Shown here piece by piece: positions 18,008 through 27,093 of a stretch of 56,709 nucleotides of DNA (position 1 is its first letter; each line of letters begins with the position of its first letter). The DNA is from an uncultured Synergistaceae bacterium (GTDB lineage: Bacteria > Synergistota > Synergistia > Synergistales > Aminobacteriaceae), in NCBI GenBank assembly GCA_964458805.1, contig CAYWKH010000003.1, positions 1 to 56,709 on the forward strand, written 5' to 3'. The notes below the pieces were generated by a model. That model ran no database searches and was not told where the DNA came from. It saw only the letters and a program-made list of their open reading frames with translations. A program made the position numbers and the translations under genes.

Positions 18008-18979
18008 TCATTCGGCAAGTATCGCCTCGACGAGCTCCTTGCCGAACTCCTCCTCGTACTTCTCGTAGACGGGCTTCACCGCCTCGCGGAGGGCCGCGGT
18101 GTCGGGCGTGGTGACCTCCATCCCCTTGTCCTTGAGGAACTGAAGCCACTCCGCCTCCTTCTCGTTGTCGTAGGCCCTGTTGGTCTCGGCCGCCTTGACG
18201 GCCGCGTCCTGGACTATCGACTGAAGTTCTGGGGAGAGCTTCTCCCAGGTCTTCATGCTCATCATGATGACGTTGGGGGCGTAGGCATGCCTGGTGATAG
18301 CCAGGTACTTCTGAGACTCGAACAGGTTGAAGGAGACTATGACGTTCAGCGGGTTCTCCTGGCCGTCTATGGCCCCCTGCTGGAGGGCCGTCAGGGCCTC
18401 GGTCCAGGCCATGGGGACAGCGTTCGCGCCCAGCGCCCTGAAGGAGTCGACGTAGACCGGGTTCTGCATCAGGCGGATCTTCAGCCCCTTCATGTCCTCC
18501 GGCGTGGACACCGGGTGCTTGCTGTTGGTCAGGTTGCGGAAGCCGCGCTCCCCGTAGGCCAGCCCCTTCCAGCCGTGCTGCCCCATCTCCTCCAGCATCT
18601 TCTTCCCGATCTCGCCGTCCAGCACCCTGTAGGCCTGCTCGGGGGTAGAGAAGAGAAACGGCAGGTCGAACACGCCGAACTTGGGCATGAAGTTCATGAT
18701 CGGGCCGCCTGTTATTATGGCCGAGTCGACCACGCCCATCCGCATGCTCTCCAGCAGGTTGCGCTCGTCACCGAGCTGCGCGTTCGGGTAGATCGATACG
18801 GTCAGCTCCCCTCCGCTCTCCGCCTCGACGACCTCCTTGAACTTCAGGGCGCACACGTGAAAGGCGTCGTTCTCGTTCACGACGTGGGCGAGCTTGATGT
18901 CTGTCGCCGCCGCGCTCGCTCCGCAGGCCAGGGCAAGCACAAGGACCGCCAGCGCCACCATACTTCCATATTTCCTCAT
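18008..18979 (-). CDS. dctP: TRAP transporter solute-binding protein (DctP family)
   Basis: Signal peptide, then 'IKLAHVVNENDAFH', 'YPNAQLGDERNLLESMRMG' and 'GLKIRLMQNPVYVDSFRALGANAVPM'. Confidence 0.9.
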   Translation of the reverse strand: MRKYGSMVALAVLVLALACGASAAATDIKLAHVVNENDAFHVCALKFKEVVEAESGGELTVSIYPNAQLGDERNLLESMRMGVVDSAIITGGPIMNFMPKFGVFDLPFLFSTPEQAYRVLDGEIGKKMLEEMGQHGWKGLAYGERGFRNLTNSKHPVSTPEDMKGLKIRLMQNPVYVDSFRALGANAVPMAWTEALTALQQGAIDGQENPLNVIVSFNLFESQKYLAITRHAYAPNVIMMSMKTWEKLSPELQSIVQDAAVKAAETNRAYDNEKEAEWLQFLKDKGMEVTTPDTAALREAVKPVYEKYEEEFGKELVEAILAE

Positions 18980-19041
18980 TTCTCATTCTCCCTTCGGGTT
19001 TGTTTTCGCGCCCCTTCGGACGCATCATCCTTTGGGAAGGC

Positions 19042-19069
19042 ATTATAGACCCTCGCGCCGTCATTACAA
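19042..19069 (-). promoter_or_regulatory. Candidate sigma70 promoter of the dctPQM-ilvD operon
   Basis: Minus strand reads TTGTAA (19069-19064), a 16-nt spacer, then TATAAT (19047-19042). Confidence 0.5.
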
Positions 19070-19172
19070 GCCCCGCTCCGCCAAACCGCTCGATAGCCGG
19101 CTGGACTTGGGGGCCGCCCGGTGCTACCATCGCTACGGATATTACAAAGTTGAAAGGAGCGCGATACGAGTT

Positions 19173-19538
19173 ATGTCGAAGGGAACAATACTGGCCGGAA
19201 GGCTGGCGGACCTGCCGCTGGGCGCGGCCCACGCGCCCGGCATCGAGAAGAGGGTGGTGTTCTCGCCCGGAAATCACTGGGGCGACTACGTGGCGCGTCA
19301 CTTCAGGGTGGACTGGGGCATCACGACCCCCTTCCACAGCCACCCCTGGCCCCACTACATGTTCATCCTGTCAGGCAGATGCAAGGCTATGATAGACGGC
19401 ACAGTCCATCAGCTCGAAGGCGGGTGCTGGGCCTTCGTCCCGCCGGATGTCGAGCACTCGTTCGAGAACACCGGGGACTCGGCGTTCGAGTTCATCTGCA
19501 TAGTGCCCCCCGAGGGCGACCCCGAGGCCGTGAACTAG
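19173..19538 (+). CDS. Cupin-domain protein
   Basis: 'HSHPWPHYMFILSGRCKAMIDG' and 'FVPPDVEHSFENTG' show the two cupin His motifs. Confidence 0.8.
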   Translation: MSKGTILAGRLADLPLGAAHAPGIEKRVVFSPGNHWGDYVARHFRVDWGITTPFHSHPWPHYMFILSGRCKAMIDGTVHQLEGGCWAFVPPDVEHSFENTGDSAFEFICIVPPEGDPEAVN

Positions 19539-19544
19539 ACGGCG

Positions 19545-20012
19545 TCAGTGCGGGAGGGAGAACTTCATGATCGAGAACAGCCAGGGGTAGACCGACCTCA
19601 TGAAGTACGGGTTCATCGCGAATATGACGAACAGCCCCATGGCCATCGCCGAGTGTATCACCGAGAGCAGCCCTCTGAACTTCTCCTTCTTCGCCACGGC
19701 GCCGAGGAACCCCTCGCAGACCACGAAGGCGGTCGGGTAGAACAGCCACCCGCTCGCCTCCGGCGGGGCCAGGAATATCATCGTCCTGATGACGCAGTAG
19801 GCCGACCATGTGCCCAGCACGTACATCTGAGCGCCGGCCATGAGGACCTTCGTCACGAAGGCAATGCACCTTCGAAAGGCCCCTCCGCTCTGTTCGATAG
19901 TGTCAATCGCGTCCAGGGCGGACTCGATGAAGGGGAGGATATACCGGATATAGGCTACTGACAGTATCCAGCCCCAGAAGATCAGAAGGCTCGTGTACTT
20001 GAGGTAAGCCAA
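19545..20012 (-). CDS. Hypothetical integral membrane protein (about 4 TM)
   Basis: Hydrophobic segments throughout. TTG start 20 nt downstream of the gpt stop, on the same strand. Confidence 0.5.
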   Translation of the reverse strand: MAYLKYTSLLIFWGWILSVAYIRYILPFIESALDAIDTIEQSGGAFRRCIAFVTKVLMAGAQMYVLGTWSAYCVIRTMIFLAPPEASGWLFYPTAFVVCEGFLGAVAKKEKFRGLLSVIHSAMAMGLFVIFAMNPYFMRSVYPWLFSIMKFSLPH

Positions 20013-20032
20013 GAATCAATCCCGCCTTTCGG

Positions 20033-20509
20033 TTACTGCTGCTCCACTATCGGTTTGGCGTACGAAGTCTCGGTGTCCCACGGGAACAGAATCCAGGTGT
20101 CCTGGCTGACCTCGGTGATGAAGGTATCGACGAACGCCCTGCCCTCGGGCTTGGCGTAGACCGCCGCGAAGTGGGCCTTGGGCAGCATCCGCCTGACGAC
20201 CTGGGCGGTCTTTCCGGTGTCGACCAGGTCGTCGATTATCAGCCACCCCTCTCCGTCACCATGGATCTCCTTGAGGATAGAGAACTCCCCCTGGGTTCGA
20301 AGTGTGTAGCTGGACACGCAGACCGTGTCAACCAGCCTGACGTCAAGCTCCCTGGCGACGATCGCCGCAGGTATCAGCCCTCCCCGGGCTATTCCGATTA
20401 TGCGCTCCCACTTCTGCATGCCCACAAGACGCCAGGCCAGTGCCTTGCAGTCCCTGTGCACCTGTTCCCAAGAGACGGAATACGTTTTGACATACCTGTC
20501 GGCGGACAA
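20033..20509 (-). CDS. gpt: Xanthine-guanine phosphoribosyltransferase
   Basis: '[16 protein letters not shown]', '[22 protein letters not shown]' and the PRPP loop '[13 protein letters not shown]'. TTG start after SD GGAGGG. Confidence 0.9.
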   Translation of the reverse strand: MSADRYVKTYSVSWEQVHRDCKALAWRLVGMQKWERIIGIARGGLIPAAIVARELDVRLVDTVCVSSYTLRTQGEFSILKEIHGDGEGWLIIDDLVDTGKTAQVVRRMLPKAHFAAVYAKPEGRAFVDTFITEVSQDTWILFPWDTETSYAKPIVEQQ

Positions 20510-20551
20510 GTCGAACCCTCCTTTGAAATGCTGTCCCTTCTGCTCCCCGGT

Positions 20552-20579
20552 ATTCTAGCACGGGCGGCCGGTATGCGAA
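20552..20579 (-). promoter_or_regulatory. Candidate sigma70 promoter for gpt
   Basis: Minus strand reads TTCGCA (20579-20574), a 16-nt spacer, then TAGAAT (20557-20552). Confidence 0.35.
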
Positions 20580-20733
20580 AGCGCCCATTATTCTCGTTAA
20601 GGCGGGCTGAACCTTGACCTGGCGTTCAATTATCGAAACGCGAGCGGCTCTCTACTACTCTTTTACGGCTCGTGCTGTATAATAGTTCGGGAGGGAGGAG
20701 TCCCTCAAATCCACAATCAGGGAGGTAGATTCA

Positions 20734-21819
20734 ATGAGAAGGCTCGGCTGGCTCCTGGTATTGGTTCTCGGTTTCACCATGTGCGGTGCGGCGTACGCTG
20801 CGTTCCCCCCCATTCCCGCTGAGGAGATCAACCCCGGTTTCGTCTACATCGGTCCGATAGGCGATGGCGGGTGGACTTTCATGCATGAAAAGGGACGCCT
20901 CGAGATGGAGGAGAAGTACCCCGGCGTGAAGTCCGTATTCGTGGAGTCGATCCCCGAGAGCCACGACGCGGCCAGGGTCTTCGAGACCATGATCCGCAAC
21001 GGCTCGAAGGTCATCTTCGGCACAACCTTCGGCTACATGGACTTCATCCTCGAAGTGGCCAACAAGTACCCCGACGTCATCTTCATGCACTGCTCCGGCT
21101 ACAAGGACGCCCCCAACATGGGCACATACTTCGGAAGAATGTACCAGGCGCGCTACCTCTCCGGCCTCGTAGCCGGCAAGATGACCAAGAACAACAAGAT
21201 CGGCTACGTCGGCGCGCACCCGATCCCGGAGGTCATCAGGGGCATCAACGCCTTCACCCGCGGAGTTCTCAGGGCCAACCCCGATGCCGAGGTGCAGGTG
21301 ATATGGATCTTCTCCTGGCTTGACCCGGCAAAGGAGAAGGAGGCGGCCAAGGCACTGATCGACTCGGGCGCTGACGTCCTCGCGATGCACGCCGACACGG
21401 GCGCCACTCCGCAGGCCGCGGAGGAGGCGGGAGTTTACGTTGTGGGGTATAATAACGACATGAGCGCCTACGCTCCCACCAAGCACCTCACCGCCCCGAT
21501 CTGGGACTGGGGTATGGTATACAAGGAGACGATCGGGCAGGTAATCGACGGGACCTGGGCACCGAAGCACATCTGGTACGGCCTGAAGGAGGGGATGGTC
21601 GGACTCGCCCCCTACGGCAAGGACGTCCCGGATTCGGTCAAGGAGCTTGTCGAGGAGGAGAAGGCCAGGATAATCTCCGGTGAGTGGGACGTCTTCTACG
21701 GCCCGGTGAAGGATCAGAGCGGCGAGGTCAGAGTGCCCGAGGGTTCCGCTATGACAGACGCCGAGATGCTCTCCATGAACTGGTTCGTGGAGGGAGTCAA
21801 GGGCGAACTGCCCCAATAA
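20734..21819 (+). CDS. BMP-family (PnrA/Med-like) ABC transporter substrate-binding lipoprotein, probably nucleoside-binding
   Basis: 'VYIGPIGDGGWTFMHEKG', 'IFGTTFGYMD' and 'IGYVGAHPIPEVIRGINAF'. Confidence 0.85.
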   Translation: MRRLGWLLVLVLGFTMCGAAYAAFPPIPAEEINPGFVYIGPIGDGGWTFMHEKGRLEMEEKYPGVKSVFVESIPESHDAARVFETMIRNGSKVIFGTTFGYMDFILEVANKYPDVIFMHCSGYKDAPNMGTYFGRMYQARYLSGLVAGKMTKNNKIGYVGAHPIPEVIRGINAFTRGVLRANPDAEVQVIWIFSWLDPAKEKEAAKALIDSGADVLAMHADTGATPQAAEEAGVYVVGYNNDMSAYAPTKHLTAPIWDWGMVYKETIGQVIDGTWAPKHIWYGLKEGMVGLAPYGKDVPDSVKELVEEEKARIISGEWDVFYGPVKDQSGEVRVPEGSAMTDAEMLSMNWFVEGVKGELPQ

Positions 21820-21904
21820 CCTTTAGCTTCGATCGGAAGGGGAAAGGGGTGCGGTCTCCGCGCCCCTTTTTTGTAGGGTAAAATTCAGCACAGGGGGAAG
21901 AGAG

Positions 21905-23473
21905 ATGGGGACTCCGGATCCTTCGCGACTGCTCGTCCGCATGGAAAAGATCACCAAGCGCTTCGCGGGAGTGACCGCAAACCAAGAGGTTGATTTCGAC
22001 GTGCGCGCCGGGGAGGTGCACGCCCTTCTCGGGGAGAACGGGGCGGGCAAGTCCACCCTGATGAGCGTGCTCTACGGCCTGTACCGGCCGGACAGCGGGA
22101 CACTGACCGTCGACGGGAGGGAGGTGTCCTTCTCTTCTCCGCGCGATGCGATCACCGCCGGGATCGGCATGGTCCACCAGCACTTCATGCTGATACCTAG
22201 CCAGACCGTTTGGGAGAACATGATCCTCGGCGTGGACGGGCTGCCCTCGGTACTTCCGAAACGCGCCATCCACGACAGGATAGACGAGCTGTCGCAACGG
22301 TACGGACTGGCGGTGGACCCGGACGCCAGGATCTGGCAGCTGTCCATCGGCGAGCAGCAGCGGGTGGCGATACTGCAGATGCTGTACAGGAGGGCGGACA
22401 TCCTCGTACTCGACGAGCCTACGGCGGTGCTCACCCCGCAGGAGGCGGAGCGCCTGTTCGAGACGGTTCGCCAGATGACCTCCGAAGGGCATGGGGTGGT
22501 CTTCATCTCCCACAAGATGGACGAGGTCATGGGGCTGTCCAACCGCGTCACCATCCTGCGCAAGGGGCGCCGCGTCGGGACCGTCGACACGGCATGCACC
22601 ACCAAGGAGAAGCTCGCCGAGATGATGGTCGGGCAGAAGATGGTCTTCAAGATCGAGAAAAAAAGCAGCTCGCCCGGAAGGCCGATCATCGAGTGCGAAT
22701 CAGTCCGGGCCCTGAACGACAGGGGCTTCCCCGCCATAACGGGCCTGACGCTCACGGTGAGGGAGGGCGAGATAATGGGGATAGCCGGAGTGGCCGGCAA
22801 CGGCCAGTCGGAGCTGTGCGAGGCGATAGCGGGACTTAGAAGGGTCGAGTCCGGCCGCATACTCATCAACGGCGCCGACCTGACCAACTCCCTCCCGAAG
22901 AAGATCATCGACGGAGGGGTGCACTACATCCCGGCGGACAGGAAGGGGACGGGGCTCGTCCCGAACATGAACATAAGCGAGAACTCCATACTGAAGAGGT
23001 ACTGGAACAAGCCGGTATCGAAGAGGGGCTTCATAGTATGGAGAGAGGTCTTCTCCTTCGCGCGCGACCTGGTCTCGCGATACAGCGTGAGCACGCCCTC
23101 CATAGGCACTCCGGTGAGGAATCTTTCCGGGGGCAACCTTCAGAAGCTAATGCTGGGCAGGGAGCTCAGCGACTCTCCGAAGGCGATAATAGCCGCCCAT
23201 CCCACATGGGGACTGGACGTGGCCGCGACGAAGTTCGTGAGAGAGCAGCTCCTGGCCGCACGGGACGTCGGAGGAGCGGTGCTGCTGGTGTCGGAGGACC
23301 TGGACGAGCTGCTCGCGATGAGCGACCGGCTGGCCGTCATGTTCAAAGGGGAGGTCATGGGACTGATTGAGAACCCGGCGGACGCGCCGATAGAGGCCAT
23401 AGGGCTCATGATGGCCGGGACGCGAATAGAGGAGGCATTCCCCTCCACGGGGAAGGAGGGGAGGTCCGCATGA
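21905..23473 (+). CDS. ABC transporter ATP-binding protein with duplicated ATPase domains
   Basis: Walker A 'GENGAGKST', signature 'LSIGEQQRV', and a second domain with 'GVAGNGQSEL' and 'LSGGNLQK'. Confidence 0.9.
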   Translation: MGTPDPSRLLVRMEKITKRFAGVTANQEVDFDVRAGEVHALLGENGAGKSTLMSVLYGLYRPDSGTLTVDGREVSFSSPRDAITAGIGMVHQHFMLIPSQTVWENMILGVDGLPSVLPKRAIHDRIDELSQRYGLAVDPDARIWQLSIGEQQRVAILQMLYRRADILVLDEPTAVLTPQEAERLFETVRQMTSEGHGVVFISHKMDEVMGLSNRVTILRKGRRVGTVDTACTTKEKLAEMMVGQKMVFKIEKKSSSPGRPIIECESVRALNDRGFPAITGLTLTVREGEIMGIAGVAGNGQSELCEAIAGLRRVESGRILINGADLTNSLPKKIIDGGVHYIPADRKGTGLVPNMNISENSILKRYWNKPVSKRGFIVWREVFSFARDLVSRYSVSTPSIGTPVRNLSGGNLQKLMLGRELSDSPKAIIAAHPTWGLDVAATKFVREQLLAARDVGGAVLLVSEDLDELLAMSDRLAVMFKGEVMGLIENPADAPIEAIGLMMAGTRIEEAFPSTGKEGRSA

Positions 23474-24576
23474 GACTCTCCCTGAAGGTCGAGCCCCGCC
23501 TCGAGACGTCGAGGCTCCTCGGTCTGATGATACCAGTCCTCTCGCTGGTCTCCGCCCTCGCGGTGGGCGCCGTCTTCCTGCACTTCATGGGCGTGTCTCC
23601 AGCCAAGGCATACTCCACGATCATCAGGGCATCGTTGGGGGACGCCTACGGGATAAGCGAGACGATAGTAAAGGCCATACCATTGACCATGGTCGCGATA
23701 GCCGTCATGCTGGCATTCACCATGCTGATCTGGAACATAGGGTGCGAGGGGCAGATATTCATGGGGGCGATCGCAGCAGCAGCAGCAGTCCGCTACTGCT
23801 TCGTGGACAACCGACTGGTCATGTTCGCCATCATGTTCGTGCTCTCCGGAATCGCCGGGGGGCTTTGGGCGGCCATAGCGGGCTTTTTTCGGGCGAAGTG
23901 GAACGTCAACGAGATAATCACCACCCTGATGCTCAACTACGTGGCGATCAACTTCTTCAACTACTTCATCTACGGGCCCTGGCGCGACCCGACAAGCCTC
24001 GGCTTCCCGATGACGCCTCTCTTCCCGGACACGGCGCGGCTGACCTGCTACTGCGGCACCAGGGTACACGCGGGCCTGATACTCGCCCTGCTGCTCCCCC
24101 TGGTCTTCTGGGTGGTCCTGCGCTTCACCAGGTGGGGGTACGAGATCAGGGTCATGGGCGAGAACCCAAAGGCCGCGGGCTTCGCGGGCATGAGCTACGT
24201 GAAGAACGTGGTGCTGGTGATGTTCATATCCGGCGCAATCGCAGGAGTGGCTGGGATGTGCGAGCTCTCCGGGCTGCAGGGGCGCCTGCAGGCCGGTTTC
24301 TCCGGCGGGTACGGCTACACCGCGATAATCGTCGCCTGGCTGGCGCGATTGCACCCGGTGGGGATCATCCTCGTGTCGTTCCTGCTGGGTGTCTTGCTGG
24401 TGGGCAGCGAGACCCTGCAGATCGTCATGCGGCTGCCCGTGTCGAGCATGCTCGTCCTGCAGGGACTGATACTCTTCTTCGTCCTCGGGGGGGAGTTCTT
24501 CAGGAAATTCCGCATAAGGATCGTCACAGGGGGCGGACACCGGGCGAGCCCGGAAGCCCTGAAGGAGGGGGAATAA
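23470..24576 (+). CDS. ABC transporter permease (BMP/nucleoside system)
   Basis: Multi-TM protein. 4-nt overlap with the ATPase gene. Confidence 0.85.
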   Translation: MRLSLKVEPRLETSRLLGLMIPVLSLVSALAVGAVFLHFMGVSPAKAYSTIIRASLGDAYGISETIVKAIPLTMVAIAVMLAFTMLIWNIGCEGQIFMGAIAAAAAVRYCFVDNRLVMFAIMFVLSGIAGGLWAAIAGFFRAKWNVNEIITTLMLNYVAINFFNYFIYGPWRDPTSLGFPMTPLFPDTARLTCYCGTRVHAGLILALLLPLVFWVVLRFTRWGYEIRVMGENPKAAGFAGMSYVKNVVLVMFISGAIAGVAGMCELSGLQGRLQAGFSGGYGYTAIIVAWLARLHPVGIILVSFLLGVLLVGSETLQIVMRLPVSSMLVLQGLILFFVLGGEFFRKFRIRIVTGGGHRASPEALKEGE

Positions 24577-24577
24577 C

Positions 24578-25507
24578 GTGGAGATCCTGGTACCGATCCT
24601 TACCGCGGCGGTGCGCAGCGGGACACCGATCCTGTACGCCACGCTCGGCGAGATCGTCACTGAGAAGAGCGGCATACTGAACCTTGGACTCGAGGGGATA
24701 ATGCTGCTAGGCGCATACGCCGGGTTCGCCGTCTCATACTCGACCGGCAACCCGTGGCTGGGGGTGGCCGGAGCCTTCTGCGTCGGGATGATCCTCGGGC
24801 TGGTGCACTCCTTCATCTGCGTCACCCTCAAGGGCAACCAGGTGGTCAGCGGGCTTGCCATGACCATGTTCGGCACGGGGGCCTCCTCCATCCTGGGGCG
24901 GGACTACGTGGGAGTCACGATCGAGGGGCTGCACAGATTCCCGGTCCCGCTGCTGTCGGACATCCCGGTGATCGGGCCGGCCTTCTTCAGGCATGACGCG
25001 CTCATATACTGCTCTTACGGCCTCGTCATCTTCCTGTGCTGGTTCTTCACATCAACCAGGCAGGGGCTCTACCTGCGCGCCACGGGAGACAACCCCAGGG
25101 CGGCGGACGCGATGGGCATCTCGGTGGCCAAGACCCGCTACTTCTACACCATGGTAGGGGCCGGCATTGTCGCGGTGGGAGGGGCTCACATGTCCGTAGC
25201 GTACACCAAGATGTGGGCCGAGCACATGACCGCCGGGCGAGGCTGGATCGCCGTCGCGCTGGTCATCTTCGCGATCTGGCATCCGGCGCGTGCGGCCTTC
25301 GGGGCGTACCTGTTCGGCGGCGTGGAGGCCTTCCAGCTTAGGCTCCAGGCCGCGGGGACCACCATACCGGCCCCGATCCTTATGATGCTTCCCTACCTGA
25401 TGACCATAGCGGTGCTGCTCTTCATCTCGATAAGGAAGGGAAAGGGCATTATCTTCGGGGCCCCGGCGGCCCTGGGGCTTCCGTTCTTCCGGGAGGAGCG
25501 GGACTGA
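24578..25507 (+). CDS. ABC transporter permease (BMP/nucleoside system)
   Basis: GTG start 1 nt after the previous stop. Multi-TM protein with 'GEIVTEKSGILNLGLEGIM'. Confidence 0.85.
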   Translation: MEILVPILTAAVRSGTPILYATLGEIVTEKSGILNLGLEGIMLLGAYAGFAVSYSTGNPWLGVAGAFCVGMILGLVHSFICVTLKGNQVVSGLAMTMFGTGASSILGRDYVGVTIEGLHRFPVPLLSDIPVIGPAFFRHDALIYCSYGLVIFLCWFFTSTRQGLYLRATGDNPRAADAMGISVAKTRYFYTMVGAGIVAVGGAHMSVAYTKMWAEHMTAGRGWIAVALVIFAIWHPARAAFGAYLFGGVEAFQLRLQAAGTTIPAPILMMLPYLMTIAVLLFISIRKGKGIIFGAPAALGLPFFREERD

Positions 25508-25612
25508 GAGATCTGCTCCCGACATGTCGTTCTCGTTCCGGGCGGCCTCCGGCCAAGGGGCCCCCGGGATTGTTTTTCGATGCCGGCCATACCATCCAGG
25601 AGGTGATTTTTA

Positions 25613-26317
25613 ATGGATCTCTTTTTTCAGCACGTCCCCGTCTCGGGCAGCGTACTCAACGCCGGAGCGATCTTCCTTGGAGGGCTGGCCGGGGTCGCCT
25701 TCCGGTCTCGTCTCTCCGAGAGGTACATCGCGATCACGTTCCAAGGACTGGGACTCTTCACGCTGGTGCTCGGGATGCAGATGGCGTTCATGACCCAAAG
25801 CGTCCTGATCATGGTGTTCAGCATAGTGATCGGCTCCCTCCTGGGAGAGCTGATGGATCTCGACAGGCGTCTGAACAGCGTCGCCGACTGGACCAAGAGC
25901 AGGATACACTCGGACAACGAACGGTTCACCGAGGGCTTCGTGGCGGCCTCTCTCCTGTTCTGCGTGGGATCCATGGCCATTCTGGGGGCCATCGAGGAGG
26001 GAACGGGCAACTATCCGCGGCTGTTCATCACGAAGTCTCTTATGGACCTGATGGCGTCGGCGGCGATGGGGGCGTCGCTCGGCATCGGCGTGGTCTTCTC
26101 GGCCGTGCCGGTCCTGCTCTACCAGGGCGGGCTGACCCTGCTGGCGGAGGCAGCGCGGCGAATCATGAGCCCGCAGGTGATAAACGAGGTAAGCGCGGTG
26201 GGCGGGCTCATGATGCTTGGGATAGGGCTGGGGATCCTTGAGATAAAGAGCGTAAGGGTGGTCAACATGCTGCCGGCCCTGCTGATAGTCGTCGCGCTGA
26301 CCACCCTGTTCGTCTAA
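25613..26317 (+). CDS. DUF554-family membrane protein (YdfK/YqgA-like)
   Basis: 'SGSVLNAGAIFLGGLAG', 'LFCVGSMAILGAIEEG' and 'KSLMDLMASAAMGASLG'. Confidence 0.75.
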   Translation: MDLFFQHVPVSGSVLNAGAIFLGGLAGVAFRSRLSERYIAITFQGLGLFTLVLGMQMAFMTQSVLIMVFSIVIGSLLGELMDLDRRLNSVADWTKSRIHSDNERFTEGFVAASLLFCVGSMAILGAIEEGTGNYPRLFITKSLMDLMASAAMGASLGIGVVFSAVPVLLYQGGLTLLAEAARRIMSPQVINEVSAVGGLMMLGIGLGILEIKSVRVVNMLPALLIVVALTTLFV

Positions 26318-26318
26318 C

Positions 26319-27068
26319 CTAGTACTGGCGCCACCTGAAGGACGGCTCGGTCACTCCGTAGATCGCGCACCTTTTGCCGCTGAGCAGGGCCCATATCTGG
26401 TCGCCGTAGTCGAAGTGCCACCACTCGTCGGGGTAGTTGCAAAAGCCGGCCTTCTGCATAACGTAGAACAGTAGCCTCCTGTTGTACATGGCCTCGGTCT
26501 CATCGGGCGACAGGGCCTCGCCTGCCGCCAGCCTCATCTCGAACCACACCGTGGACGACCTATCCGATGTCTCGTCGAACTCCGAGCCCATCGGCAGGCA
26601 GATCCCGGTGCCGTCGACTATCGTGAGGTCGACCGCGCCACCGGTCACGTGAGGCGACGGGTGCTGAGGATGCAGCGAGGGGGGCGCCACGTACTGGGAC
26701 GCAAGGGTGGTGATCTCAGCATCGCTCAGCAGCGGCATCTTCTCCCTCAGCTCGGAGCGGAACTTCTGGAACAGGGTGGTCTGGATGCTGCGCGGCCGCC
26801 AGGAGTCCAGCAGCACCAGGCGGCACCCCTTGGGCAGCATGTCGGCCGCCTCCAGCAGGCGTGCCAGGACGGAGCGCCTCACGTAGCACTCCGGCACCGA
26901 TCTCTCGAGCATCTGGTGGTAGTACTGCGGGCGCACCAGTATCTTCTCCGGCACTAGGCTGGCTGGGACGGTCTCCTCGCCGCTCTCCTCGATGGGCACT
27001 GCCCTGACGGCATCCCACGAGAAGGGGGGAGGAGTCGGTATCGGTATGTCCATGAACGGGTGGTTCAT
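26319..27068 (-). CDS. ddpX: D-alanyl-D-alanine dipeptidase (M15D, VanX/DdpX type)
   Basis: 'LLDSWRP', the metal/substrate motif 'SPHVTGGAVDLTI', and 'EWWHFDYGD'. Confidence 0.8.
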   Translation of the reverse strand: MNHPFMDIPIPTPPPFSWDAVRAVPIEESGEETVPASLVPEKILVRPQYYHQMLERSVPECYVRRSVLARLLEAADMLPKGCRLVLLDSWRPRSIQTTLFQKFRSELREKMPLLSDAEITTLASQYVAPPSLHPQHPSPHVTGGAVDLTIVDGTGICLPMGSEFDETSDRSSTVWFEMRLAAGEALSPDETEAMYNRRLLFYVMQKAGFCNYPDEWWHFDYGDQIWALLSGKRCAIYGVTEPSFRWRQY

Positions 27069-27093
27069 CCTGGATCTCCTTTCATGATCCGCG

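Noticed and set aside
20510-20640. Possible purine (guanine) riboswitch in the gpt leader
   Set aside because: The minus-strand leader lacks the conserved purine-riboswitch elements (UAUAAU...GAUAUGG...GUUUCUACC...CCGUAAA...GACUAUG). It is only about 45 nt between the candidate -10 and the SD, which is too short. cmsearch with RF00167 would settle it.
20731-21816. 361-aa ORF exactly mirroring the BMP lipoprotein gene
   Set aside because: It is a mirror shadow ORF. The plus-strand product has a signal peptide and BMP-family motifs, and the minus-strand product is featureless.
25538-25580. Possible terminator after the nucleoside ABC operon (ccggg...cccgg followed by gattgttttt)
   Set aside because: The stem is short and interrupted, so I could not draw a convincing hairpin. 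It is left unannotated.
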